The notes beneath the pieces were generated by a model. It worked only from the letters and a program-made list of their open reading frames with translations, was not told the origin of the DNA and searched no databases. Of a stretch of 64,000 bases of DNA, positions 19,386 through 28,140 are shown one piece after another. This DNA comes from an uncultured Nesterenkonia sp. (lineage in GTDB: Bacteria; Actinomycetota; Actinomycetes; Actinomycetales; Micrococcaceae). The position numbers were made by a program, and so were the translations under genes. The DNA lies in contig CANLUC010000004.1 in the NCBI GenBank assembly GCA_947494195.1, positions 122,188 through 186,187 of the forward strand, read 5' to 3'. Every line of letters starts with the position of its first letter. Within the stretch, counting starts at the first letter, position 1.

Positions 19386-20515
19386 GCGTGGTGCTCTTCC
19401 GTGGGGGTGGATGTGGTCTGCTCGGTTCCGCCGAGTCGGACCTGGGACTGCAGGCCGCGGTACCAGTCGACGGCGTTGAGCATGGTCTTGCCCGCCGGCT
19501 GCACGCCGGAGAGCACAACCGCCTCCCCGTCACCTGCCCGGAACGCGATCACACTCCCTGCCTCGCGGCTCGCCGACGTCCGGTTGCCGGCGGGGGAACC
19601 CGTGCTCTCTGAGTTCTCCGTGCTCGGCAGGCTCAGGACCTGTCCCGTGGCGGTCTCGGCCAGTGCTGCCTCCAGATGCTGCGCCGCGTCTGGATCAGAC
19701 GGCGTCCGGTGCAGCCTGGCCACGCCGAGCTTGATCCGCTGATCTCCGTTCAACGTCCAGGCTCCCGGCTCGGGGATCGTGGCGTTGATCCGCTTCACCA
19801 GCTCGGCCGCTGGGCGAGAAGGATCGATGAAGGCGTCCTCGCGGGTGAGCTTGGGCGCGAAGCTTGGTGCACCTCGCTGCGCCTGCGGCGTCGAGGTGCC
19901 GGTGAGCAGACTGGGCAGCAGCACGGTGAGCAGCGAGGCTCCGAGGTTCGTCAGGTCCTCGAGCACCGTCCCGGCCGAGGTGGCCTCCCGGATCTCGTAG
20001 CTGCACAGCCCGTGGACGGGGCCGGTGTCCATTCCGCGTTCGAGTTGGAACACCGTGGCCGCGGTGGTGCGTTCCCCGGCCAGGATGGCATGGGGCACCG
20101 GGGCGGCTCCGCGGTAGGCCGGAAGCTGGGAATAGTGCAGATTGACCCAGCCGCGCGTCGGCACCTTCAGCGCCGCCTCGGGCAGCAGCGCGCCGTAGGC
20201 GACGACGACGCCCAGATCGGCTTCTGCTGTCGCGAGCTCGGCGGTCACCGAAGAGTCTATGGAGGCGGCCTTGATGACCGGGATGCCGGCAGCTTCGGCC
20301 GCCTGAGCGACGGGGGACGGGGTCAGCCGGCGTCGCCGTCCGACGGGAGCATCTGGCCTGGTCAGCACGGCGACGATCTCTGCACCATCGCTCAGCAGCC
20401 GGCGCAGGCAGGTGGCGGCGATCTCCGGGGTGCCCGCGAAGAGGACTCGACCCCGCCCGGGGCCGGCGGAGGCCGCACGCGCCGCGGCGAGCGAGTCTGC
20501 GGTGAACTGCTGCAT
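19382..20515 (-). CDS. fmt: Methionyl-tRNA formyltransferase (longer than usual C-terminal region)
   Basis: VLFAGTPE, VVAYGALLP, NLHYSQLPAYRGAAPV. Confidence 0.92.
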   Translation of the reverse strand: MQQFTADSLAAARAASAGPGRGRVLFAGTPEIAATCLRRLLSDGAEIVAVLTRPDAPVGRRRRLTPSPVAQAAEAAGIPVIKAASIDSSVTAELATAEADLGVVVAYGALLPEAALKVPTRGWVNLHYSQLPAYRGAAPVPHAILAGERTTAATVFQLERGMDTGPVHGLCSYEIREATSAGTVLEDLTNLGASLLTVLLPSLLTGTSTPQAQRGAPSFAPKLTREDAFIDPSRPAAELVKRINATIPEPGAWTLNGDQRIKLGVARLHRTPSDPDAAQHLEAALAETATGQVLSLPSTENSESTGSPAGNRTSASREAGSVIAFRAGDGEAVVLSGVQPAGKTMLNAVDWYRGLQSQVRLGGTEQTTSTPTEEHHA

Positions 20516-20526
20516 GGTGAGGCCTT

Positions 20527-21117
20527 TCAGGAGGCGAAGAAGCTGCTGCTGGTGCGCCGGGTGACCTGCGCCTGATCCAGGGCCTGGCCGTACTCCCGGG
20601 ATCGCAGCGCGCGGGCGGCGGAGCTCTTCTCCGCCCCGGTGAGCCGGTCGACGAACAGGCGTCCGTCCAGGTGGTCCACCTCGTGCTGGAAGCAGGCGGC
20701 AAGCAGCCCGGTCGCGTCAACCTCGACGTCACTGCCGTGCGGGTCGGTGCCGCTGAGCAGCACGCGCTGGGCGCGGGCGACGGGGGAGTAGATCTCGGCC
20801 ACCGAGAGGCAGCCCTCGCGCAGCAGGTTCTCACCCGCCGCCGGACCCGCTTCGGGCTCTCGCGGCGTGAAGGTGCGCTCGCCGAGCAGCCGCAGCTGCG
20901 GATTGATCACGGCCCCGCGCTGACCGCTCACGTCGTAGGTGAAGATCCGCCGCCCCACGCCGATCTGCGGAGCCGCCAGGCCGATGCCCGATACCGCGTC
21001 CATGGTCTCGAACATGTCCGCGATGAGCTCGCGGACGGTGTCATCGATCGAGGCCACGGCGGCCGCCGGCGTGCGCAGCACCGGGTCGCCGATCATGCGG
21101 ATGGTCAGGACAGTCAT
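20527..21117 (-). CDS. def: Peptide deformylase
   Basis: The three PDF motifs: GIGLAAPQIG, EGCLS, HEVDHLDG. Confidence 0.95.
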   Translation of the reverse strand: MTVLTIRMIGDPVLRTPAAAVASIDDTVRELIADMFETMDAVSGIGLAAPQIGVGRRIFTYDVSGQRGAVINPQLRLLGERTFTPREPEAGPAAGENLLREGCLSVAEIYSPVARAQRVLLSGTDPHGSDVEVDATGLLAACFQHEVDHLDGRLFVDRLTGAEKSSAARALRSREYGQALDQAQVTRRTSSSFFAS

Positions 21118-22025
21118 GGAGCCATTCTTTCATTGTCCGGGCTCTCGGGATTCCGCACCGGCGGCGGCGCGATGGGCCGCAGTGCGGGCCCGGCGCTGGC
21201 AGCGGTGCGGCTGTGTTCCCAGACCTGACGAAGCGCGCAGAACTTGAACCAGTGAGCCTTCAGCAGGGCGGGGTTCGCCTGTGCAGCGACGACCTCCGCC
21301 TCGGAGATCGCCACGCCGAGCAGGATCGGATCTTCACCGTAGGGCCATGGCTTCCATTCACCGGCGGCGGCGTCCACCAGCATCTCCTCGCCCTTCATGC
21401 CAGCCACCAGCTGCATCACCACGGAATCGTTCAGCGGCTTCGAGCGGCCGTCCCGAGTGAGTCCCTTGGTCTTGAAATCGATGATGCAGGTGCGCCCACC
21501 GATCTCGGCGACGAGATCGAGCGTGCCGGCGTAGCCGAGCGTGTGATTCCAGACCGTCACCTCGGCTGCCAATGGCGTCACGCCGTAGAGCGTCCACCAC
21601 TCGTCAAAACGGTCGGCGAATCGCGTCTCCCGGTGCTCCTCCAGAGCTGCGCGCGCCGCCCGGGTGGTCTCGCTCAGCCCCAGCGCACTCAAGGCCACCT
21701 GTTCCGCGTAGTGGTGCACCCGATCTCCACGGGCTGCCGCGGCGTCCCGGAAGCGCTCGGCCGCCGAGGAGGCCTGCCGCGCGAGCCGTTTGAGCTCGGC
21801 GGGGGAGCTGACGGCGGCCGCGAGTCGCTGATCATTGACCAGCTCAGAGGTCGCCATATGGCCCGCCCACCCGGTCATATCCTTATGCTCCTGGGAGATC
21901 ACCGTCGTGATCGACGGCACCTCAGGGGAGCCGCTGGTCGAGCGCGAATACATGCGGCCATAGTCGGTGGCGTGAGCGAGGCTGGGCTGTGTCATCGCCA
22001 CAAGTCTGCCACCTGGGACTGACAT
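21114..22025 (-). CDS. PD-(D/E)XK (RecB/Cas4-like, no Fe-S cysteines) nuclease-superfamily protein
   Basis: Motif order RGDRVHHYAE .. GYAGTLDLV .. CIIDFKTK .. VMQLVAG fits the G-x-x-V-H / D / (D/E)-x-K / Q-x-x-x-(Y) nuclease core. PSITTVI N-terminal motif. ATGA overlap with def. The start could be Met11 (21995). Confidence 0.6.
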   Translation of the reverse strand: MSVPGGRLVAMTQPSLAHATDYGRMYSRSTSGSPEVPSITTVISQEHKDMTGWAGHMATSELVNDQRLAAAVSSPAELKRLARQASSAAERFRDAAAARGDRVHHYAEQVALSALGLSETTRAARAALEEHRETRFADRFDEWWTLYGVTPLAAEVTVWNHTLGYAGTLDLVAEIGGRTCIIDFKTKGLTRDGRSKPLNDSVVMQLVAGMKGEEMLVDAAAGEWKPWPYGEDPILLGVAISEAEVVAAQANPALLKAHWFKFCALRQVWEHSRTAASAGPALRPIAPPPVRNPESPDNERMAP

Positions 22026-22174
22026 CTCGGTCTGCCGCCCGAGTCCGCCCCCGGCGGGACGACGTACGAGGGTGTTCAGCGAGGAAGCTCCTGCTCGATT
22101 GGACGAGCGGCCGAGACCTGCGCTATCGTTTCAAGTCGTTGAAACGCCGCAGAAAATGCGGTCGGGTCGGCACT

Positions 22175-22248
22175 GCGGATGTAGCTCAGCTGGCTAGAGC
22201 ATCACCTTGCCATGGTGAGGGTCGCGAGTTCGAATCTCGTCATCCGCT
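22175..22248 (+). tRNA. tRNA-Gly(GCC)
   Basis: Acceptor GCGGATG/CATCCGC, anticodon arm TCACC-TTGCCAT-GGTGA, T-loop GGTCGCGAGTTCGAATCTCG. Confidence 0.92.
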
Positions 22249-22366
22249 CGCAGGATTTGGGGAAACCCTTGAACGATCAGCAGGATCACTGCACGGCAGC
22301 CGGGTCTTCAACGATCGGGTCGCTGGATGTCAGTCCGGGACGGTGTAGTGTTTCGGGGATGGCTAC

Positions 22367-22437
22367 GGTGGGGTGGCCGAGTGGCGAGGCAGCGGCCTGC
22401 AAAGCCGTTAACGCGGGTTCGATTCCCGTCCCCACCT
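22367..22437 (+). tRNA. tRNA-Cys(GCA)
   Basis: Acceptor GGTGGGG/CCCCACC, anticodon loop CTGCAAA, T-arm GCGGGTTCGATTCCCGT. Confidence 0.9.
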
Positions 22438-22521
22438 CGCAGCTTCGCTTGAGACACCGGGCGGGGAGACTGAGAACAACGAGAACTGAATAAGTCTGAA
22501 TGGATGAGACAGTCCATACGG

Positions 22522-22593
22522 GCGCGATTAGCGCAGCGGTAGCGCGCTTCCCTGACACGGAAGAGGTCACTGGTTCGATCCCAGTATCGCGCA
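22522..22593 (+). tRNA. tRNA-Val(GAC)
   Basis: Acceptor GCGCGAT/ATCGCGC, anticodon arm CTTCC-CTGACAC-GGAAG, T-arm ACTGGTTCGATCCCAGT. Confidence 0.9.
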
Positions 22594-22646
22594 CTGAGTA
22601 CAGGAGATTCCGCCGCCGAGAAGGTGGCGGGGCATCCTGAACTCAT

Positions 22647-22720
22647 GCGGATGTAGCTCAGCTGGCTAGAGCATCACCTTGCCATGGTGAGGGTCGCGAG
22701 TTCGAATCTCGTCATCCGCT
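22647..22720 (+). tRNA. tRNA-Gly(GCC), second identical copy
   Basis: Identical 74 nt to 22175-22248. Confidence 0.92.
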
Positions 22721-22731
22721 CAGAACACAGG

Positions 22732-22765
22732 GAAGGGCCCGGGACCTCATGGTCTCGGGCCCTTC
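22732..22765 (+). terminator. Strong hairpin after the tRNA cluster
   Basis: 15-bp stem GAAGGGCCCGGGACC / GGTCTCGGGCCCTTC (one G-U pair) with tetraloop TCAT. The downstream CTGTATGT is only weakly T-rich. Confidence 0.5.
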
Positions 22766-22887
22766 CTGTATGTGCCGGCAGTTGGAGGTGGCCTGCCCCA
22801 GAAGCCTGCTTTCCCCAGACCATTGATTTCCCCAGATTGCGGTGCGGACGGGCCGCGCCGGCGCATGTGGCACACTTGGTGCTACAC

Positions 22888-23033
22888 AATTCGTGCTCCG
22901 GGATCGGTGAAAATCCGAACCGGCGGTCAAAGTCCGCGACCCGAGTCAGGTGCAGCCCGGCTGCTCCGGTCTTGGTTGAACCGGTGGAACTCCGGTACCG
23001 ACAGTCACAGTCTGGATGGGAGAAGCACGAGAG
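22888..23033 (+). promoter_or_regulatory. FMN riboswitch (RFN element) controlling the rib operon
   Basis: P1 TCGTGCT (22891-22897) / AGCACGA (23024-23030). Conserved cores GGATCGGTGAAAATCCGAACCGGCGGT..AGTCCGCGACCC and GGTGGAACTCCGGTACCGACAGT.ACAGTCTGGATGGGAGAAG. Confidence 0.9.
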
Positions 23034-23145
23034 TCCGCGCCCTGTGGACTCCGCCGTCGAGCGGAGCTCATGCAGGCGGACTGCGTCGACGCCTCACCGC
23101 ATCGGCCTTCCCGGAGTGCCTCGACACGCTGGGAGGAGACGGCCG

Positions 23146-24222
23146 TTGCTTCACGAGTCAGCGATGACCCAAGCCTTGGAGCTGGCGCTCTCGGGCGTCC
23201 GAGGAGCCAATCCGCTGGTCGGAGCCCTGCTCGTCTCCGCGCAGGGCGAGGTGCTCGCTCAGGGCCACCATCGAGGAGCAGGCACCTTCCACGCGGAGCG
23301 CGCCGCCCTCGCGAACTTCTTCGCCCATCACCCAGCCGGCGCTGACCTCAGCTCTGCCACGCTGTACTCCACGTTGGAGCCGTGCCGCCATCAGGGCCGC
23401 CAGCCAGCCTGCACCCAGCTGATCATCGACGCCGGCATCGGTCGACTCGTCCACGGCGCCTCGGACCCGACGAGCAACGGCGGGGGAGCGGAGGTGCTGC
23501 AGCGCGCGGGAATCGAGGTGGTCTCCTCCGTGTTGAGAGAGGAATGCGAGGCGCTGAATCACCGGTGGACGACGGCCCAGGAGCAGCACCGTCCCTTCGT
23601 CACGGTCCATCTGGCCCAGACCCTCGACGCACGGATCGCGGCCGCCGACGGCACCAGTCAATGGATCACCTCACAAGCCTCGCGAGAGCACACGCATCGG
23701 GTCCGCAGCCGGGCCGATGCCATCCTGGTGGGCACCAACACCGTGGCGGTGGACGACCCTCGGCTGACCGCGCGCACCCCCGCCGGGGACCTCACCCAGC
23801 GTCAGCCGCTCCGTGTGGTCATGGGACTGACACCCGTACCGAAGCGCTGCAAGTTGACCCAGGCACTCCCCGAGGGTGAGGGCTGGGTGCAGCTGCGGAC
23901 CCGAGAGCCGCTGGAAGCCCTGCAGGAGCTCGCTCAGACCACGCACGGGGGGTACCCCGTCAAGCACGTCCTGGTCGAGGGTGGCCAGAGCGTGCTCTCG
24001 GCCTTCTTCGCGGCAGGGCTCGTGGACGAGGTCTTCGCCTACCACGCACCGCTGCTGCTAGGTGCTGGAACCGCCAGCATCGGCGACATCGGCGTGAGAA
24101 CACTTCGCGAAGCGCCCCGCTTCGCACTCGACCCCGCCGAGAGCGGGCCGGTGCAGATCATGGACTCCGATGTCTGTGTGCACCTGCAGCCGAAAGGAGA
24201 CACATGTTCACCGGAATCGTGA
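23146..24222 (+). CDS. ribD: Bifunctional riboflavin-biosynthesis deaminase/reductase RibD
   Basis: HAERAAL and TLEPCRHQGRQPACT deaminase zinc motifs, plus a C-terminal reductase domain. TTG at 23146 follows SD GGGAGGAG (23131-23138); the alternative is ATG 23164. The track ORF from 22684 runs through a tRNA and the riboswitch. Confidence 0.9.
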   Translation: MLHESAMTQALELALSGVRGANPLVGALLVSAQGEVLAQGHHRGAGTFHAERAALANFFAHHPAGADLSSATLYSTLEPCRHQGRQPACTQLIIDAGIGRLVHGASDPTSNGGGAEVLQRAGIEVVSSVLREECEALNHRWTTAQEQHRPFVTVHLAQTLDARIAAADGTSQWITSQASREHTHRVRSRADAILVGTNTVAVDDPRLTARTPAGDLTQRQPLRVVMGLTPVPKRCKLTQALPEGEGWVQLRTREPLEALQELAQTTHGGYPVKHVLVEGGQSVLSAFFAAGLVDEVFAYHAPLLLGAGTASIGDIGVRTLREAPRFALDPAESGPVQIMDSDVCVHLQPKGDTCSPES

Positions 24223-26288
24223 CTGGTCTGGGAGAGGTCCTCGAACGACGGCTCGAGCCCACCAAGTTCGTGGAGCGGCTGAGCTTCGCCGCCCCCGGGC
24301 ACACCGAAGGTCTGGCCCTCGGCGGCTCGATCGCCGTCAACGGGGTCTGCGTCTCCGCTGTGGACATCGACGGTGGCCGGATCAGCGTGGAGCTGATCCC
24401 AGAGACGCTGAAGCGCACTGCGCTGGGCCAGCTCGGCGTGGGCGATCGGCTCAACCTGGAGCGCTGCCTGCCCGCCGGCGCCCGTCTGGACGGCCATGTG
24501 GTCCAGGGCCACGTCGACGGTCTCGGCGAACTGGTGGAGCGGGACCCGCAGGACGGGCGGCACCGCTTCCAGATCAGCGCCGAGCTGGCTCCGTATCTCG
24601 CGGAGAAGGGCTCGATCGCCGTCGACGGGGTGTCGCTGACCGTCACTGCAGTCGCGGACCCTGCGTCCGCGCAGCCGTGGTTCGAGGTGGGGCTGATTCC
24701 GACGACGCTGGCCGAGACCACCCTGGGAGACCTCTCGATCGGCGGAGTGGTCAATCTCGAGGTCGACGTGCTCGCGAAGTACACCCGGCGCATGCTGCAG
24801 TTCGGCCATCACCTCCCCGACCCCGCGTCCCACGCCGGGGAGGGAGCTGGGGTCAAGGGAGCTGCGGGTGAGGGAGTTGGGGTCAAGGGAGCTGCGGGTG
24901 AAGCGGACGGCCTTCTTGGAGCCGGCGATGACGCCGCAGGCCCAGTGTCATCCTCCCCGGTCCCCAGCATTCCCCAGCCGGAGACCCCGGCCCCGCTGCT
25001 GGATCCCATCGACGTAGCCCTCAACGAGCTCGCGGCGGGGCGACCCGTCGTCGTCGTCGATGACGCCGATCGGGAGAATGAGGGCGACATCATCTTCCCG
25101 GCCGCACTCGCCACCGAGGAGCTCATGGCGATGACGGTCCGGTATACCTCAGGGGTCATCTGCGTGCCGATGACGCCCGAACGGGCCGAGCACCTGCAGC
25201 TGCCGCCGATGGTCGCCGACAACGAAGATCCCAAGGGCACCGCGTACACGATCAGCGCCGATGCCGCGTCGGGAGTGAGCACCGGGATCAGCGCCGCCGA
25301 TCGCGCGCTCAGCGTGCGCGTCATGGCGGACTCCGCCACCACCGCCGCCGATCTGAGCCGACCCGGTCACCTGTTTCCGCTCATCGCGGACCCTGCGGGG
25401 GTGCTGGGTCGCCCGGGGCACACCGAGGCGGCCGTGGACCTGTGTCGGCTCGCGGGCCTGCCCGAGGTCGGTGTGATCGCCGAGCTGACCCACGACGACG
25501 GCCGCATGATGCGCCTGCCCGGGCTGCGCGACTTCGCCGACGCACACCGGCTCGCGCTCGTCTCCATCGCGGACCTGATCGCCTACCGCGGGGGAACCCC
25601 GAGCAACGGCGCCGCGATGGAGTCGGTGGCGGCCAGCTGGGAGGCCCCCAGCGACGAGCTCGCGAAGCTCGTGACCCCGGGCCCGGTGGTCACGCTGCCC
25701 ACCGATCACGGAGTCTTCGCCGCCCAGGTCTGGACCGAGCACGCGACCGGCCATGAGCACATGCTCATCTCGGCGCTCGCGCAGGCCCCCGGGGAGGGCA
25801 GAGAGGACGCCTCCCGTCCGCTGATCCGGATGCACTCCGAATGTGTCACCGGTGATGTGCTCGGATCCCGACGCTGCGACTGCGGAACCCAGCTCGCCTC
25901 GGCGCTGGAGTCCATCCAGCGCGACGGCGGACATCTGCTCTACCTGCGCGGCCATGAGGGGCGCGGCATCGGGCTGGCCAACAAGATGCGCGCCTATAAG
26001 CTCCAGGAACAGGGAGCGGACACGGTGGAGGCCAATGAGATGCTGGGCCTTGCCGCCGAGCTGCGCGACTTCACCGGGGCGGCCGCGATCCTGCACTCCG
26101 CCGGGATCCGTCGGCTCCGGCTGATGACGAACAACCCGGTCAAGGTCGACACGCTGCGCGGAGCCGGCCTGGACGTGGAGCTCGTCCCCTCGACCGGCGT
26201 GGTGCACGAGACGAACCTGCGGTACCTGCAGACCAAGCGCGACCGGATGAACCACACGCTGGACCACCTGCAGCTGAACGAGCAGTGA
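24204..26288 (+). CDS. Fusion protein: riboflavin synthase (RibE) + DHBP synthase + GTP cyclohydrolase II (RibBA)
   Basis: aa 1-200: [12 protein letters not shown]..two lumazine-binding repeats..[14 protein letters not shown]. aa ~201-265: Gly/Ala/Pro linker. aa ~265-694: [19 protein letters not shown] (DHBPS) and [20 protein letters not shown] (GCH II). One uninterrupted 694-codon frame. Confidence 0.85.
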   Translation: MFTGIVTGLGEVLERRLEPTKFVERLSFAAPGHTEGLALGGSIAVNGVCVSAVDIDGGRISVELIPETLKRTALGQLGVGDRLNLERCLPAGARLDGHVVQGHVDGLGELVERDPQDGRHRFQISAELAPYLAEKGSIAVDGVSLTVTAVADPASAQPWFEVGLIPTTLAETTLGDLSIGGVVNLEVDVLAKYTRRMLQFGHHLPDPASHAGEGAGVKGAAGEGVGVKGAAGEADGLLGAGDDAAGPVSSSPVPSIPQPETPAPLLDPIDVALNELAAGRPVVVVDDADRENEGDIIFPAALATEELMAMTVRYTSGVICVPMTPERAEHLQLPPMVADNEDPKGTAYTISADAASGVSTGISAADRALSVRVMADSATTAADLSRPGHLFPLIADPAGVLGRPGHTEAAVDLCRLAGLPEVGVIAELTHDDGRMMRLPGLRDFADAHRLALVSIADLIAYRGGTPSNGAAMESVAASWEAPSDELAKLVTPGPVVTLPTDHGVFAAQVWTEHATGHEHMLISALAQAPGEGREDASRPLIRMHSECVTGDVLGSRRCDCGTQLASALESIQRDGGHLLYLRGHEGRGIGLANKMRAYKLQEQGADTVEANEMLGLAAELRDFTGAAAILHSAGIRRLRLMTNNPVKVDTLRGAGLDVELVPSTGVVHETNLRYLQTKRDRMNHTLDHLQLNEQ
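24840..24899 (+). repeat. 30-bp tandem duplication in the RibE-RibBA linker
   Basis: GAGGGAGCTGGGGTCAAGGGAGCTGCGGGT followed by GAGGGAGTTGGGGTCAAGGGAGCTGCGGGT, with one mismatch. It encodes [10 protein letters not shown] / [10 protein letters not shown]. Confidence 0.95.
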
Positions 26289-26422
26289 CCGCGTCCTTGG
26301 CCTGAGCCCCAGCCAGCCCAGCCTCAGCCAGCCCAGCCCCAGCCAGCTCAGACCCACCGCACGCGTCAGAAACACCGCACGCCCCAGAACAGCCCACACC
26401 CCAGACAAAGGAGACCGCGCAG

Positions 26423-26923
26423 ATGAGCGGCACCGGAACGCCACAGATCCAGCAGGACGAACTCGACGCACTCGCCCGCGCAGCGGCACAGCACGGACTC
26501 AGGGTCGCCGTCGTCGCCTCACGCTGGCACCAGGAGGTCATGGACGGGCTGATCGCCGGTTCCCAGCGCTTCTTCGAGCAGGTCGGGGTCCAGGATGTGA
26601 CGCTGCTGCGCGCTCCCGGGTCCTTCGAGCTGCCGGTGATCGCCTCCCATGCCGCCGCCCGATTCGACGCCGTGGTGGCCCTCGGCGTCGTGATCCGCGG
26701 TGGCACCCCGCATTTCGAGTATGTCTGCAACGCCGCCACCGATGGGCTGAGCCAGGTCGCGCTGACCTCGGGGACCCCCGTCGGGTTCGGACTGCTCACC
26801 TGCGACGACGAGGCCCAGGCGCTGGATCGCGCAGGTCTGCCAGGCTCCAAGGAGGACAAGGGGTTCGAGTCCGCCCATGCGGCTCTCGCAGCGGCGGCGG
26901 AGATCGCCGCGCTGGCCTCGTGA
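26423..26923 (+). CDS. ribH: 6,7-dimethyl-8-ribityllumazine synthase
   Basis: [44 protein letters not shown]. Confidence 0.95.
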   Translation: MSGTGTPQIQQDELDALARAAAQHGLRVAVVASRWHQEVMDGLIAGSQRFFEQVGVQDVTLLRAPGSFELPVIASHAAARFDAVVALGVVIRGGTPHFEYVCNAATDGLSQVALTSGTPVGFGLLTCDDEAQALDRAGLPGSKEDKGFESAHAALAAAAEIAALAS

Positions 26924-27201
26924 GATACCCTGGAGCGGTGAAAACCTTCGATCAGCTGTACGCCGAACTTGCCCAGAAGGCCGAGACCCGTCCGGAGCGC
27001 TCAGGCACCGTCGCAGCCCTCGACGCCGGCGTCCATCAGATCGGAAAGAAGATCGTGGAAGAGGCCGCCGAGGTCTGGATGGCATCGGAGTACCAGACCG
27101 AGGCCGAGACCGCCGAGGAGATCTCCCAGCTGCTCTACCATCTGCAGGTCATGATGATCGCCAAGGGGATCTCCCCGGAGGATGTCTACCAGTACCTCTG
27201 A
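26920..27201 (+). CDS. hisE: Phosphoribosyl-ATP pyrophosphatase
   Basis: [51 protein letters not shown]. The GTG at 26920 overlaps the ribH stop (GTGA); the alternative is GTG 26938. Confidence 0.88.
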   Translation: MRYPGAVKTFDQLYAELAQKAETRPERSGTVAALDAGVHQIGKKIVEEAAEVWMASEYQTEAETAEEISQLLYHLQVMMIAKGISPEDVYQYL

Positions 27202-27274
27202 TTCCGCTCGCGGCATCAGCTGAGAAGAATCGCCGACCGCTCCATCACCTGCACACGAAAAGACGAGATTGACT

Positions 27275-28126
27275 ATGCTGCGCATTGCTGTTCCCAATAA
27301 GGGCGCCCTCTCCGAGGCCGCCATGGAGATGCTCTCCGAGGCTGGCTACGTCCAGCGCCGCGACCGGCGCGAACTGGTCATGCTCGACGAGGAGAACCAG
27401 GTGGAGTTCTTCTACCTGCGCCCCCGTGACATCGCCGTCTACGTGGGTGCCGGAACCCTCGACATCGGGCTCACCGGGCGCGACCTGTTCCAGGACGCGC
27501 GGGTAGATCACGGTGCCGAGGAGGTTCTGGGGCTGGGCTTCGGCAAGTCGACCTTCCGCCTGGCAGGACCCGCCGGACGCTTCACCAGTGCGGCGGACCT
27601 CGCCGGGACCCGCGTGGCCACCAGCTACGACGGCCTGCTCGCCCATTGGTTTGAGTCCCAGGGAGTGGCCGACGTCGAAGTGGTCCACCTCGACGGCGCG
27701 GTGGAGACCTCCGTGCGGCTCGGCGTCGCAGACGCCATCGCCGACGTCGTGGAGACCGGCAACACGCTCAAAGCCGCGGGGATGGAGACCTTCGGCGAGC
27801 CCATCATGGACTCCGAGGCCATCCTGATCTCGGGACGCGACCAGCGCCCCGAGGGGCTCGATCGACTGATCCGTCGGCTGCAGGGCGTCCTGGTCGCGAG
27901 GCAGTACGTGATGATGGACTATGACGTGCACCGCGACCTGCTTCCCCAGGCCGCCGCGATCACCCCCGGCCTGGAATCCCCGACCATCTCCCCGCTGGCC
28001 GATGAGAACTGGGTCGCCGTGCGCTCGATGGTGCCGTCGAAGAAGACCAACCAGCTGATGGACGAGCTCTACGAGCTCGGTGCCCGCGCCATCCTGGTCT
28101 CCTCCATCCACGCCTGCCGCGTCTGA
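27275..28126 (+). CDS. hisG: ATP phosphoribosyltransferase (long form)
   Basis: MLRIAVPNKGALSEAAMEML.. plus a C-terminal regulatory domain. ATG 27275 preferred over the in-frame TTG 27269. Confidence 0.93.
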   Translation: MLRIAVPNKGALSEAAMEMLSEAGYVQRRDRRELVMLDEENQVEFFYLRPRDIAVYVGAGTLDIGLTGRDLFQDARVDHGAEEVLGLGFGKSTFRLAGPAGRFTSAADLAGTRVATSYDGLLAHWFESQGVADVEVVHLDGAVETSVRLGVADAIADVVETGNTLKAAGMETFGEPIMDSEAILISGRDQRPEGLDRLIRRLQGVLVARQYVMMDYDVHRDLLPQAAAITPGLESPTISPLADENWVAVRSMVPSKKTNQLMDELYELGARAILVSSIHACRV

Positions 28127-28140
28127 TATCGAGGTAGCCG

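Noticed and set aside
17063-22025. Inversion of the fmt-rsmB-rpe block relative to ribD, compared with the co-directional order remembered from mycobacteria.
   Set aside because: This cannot be evaluated without comparative genomes. No inverted repeats are visible at the block boundaries.
22684-23145. The N-terminal 154 codons of the 512-aa track ORF for ribD.
   Set aside because: The extension runs through tRNA-Gly, a terminator hairpin and the whole FMN riboswitch. RibD homology begins only at MTQALELAL, and a good SD precedes TTG 23146.
24840-24899. CRISPR-like arrays: the 30-bp repeat here, the 33-bp repeats at 7482-7679 and the 138-bp repeats at 60931-61154.
   Set aside because: All are directly tandem, in-frame coding repeats without unique spacers. 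No cas genes are present.
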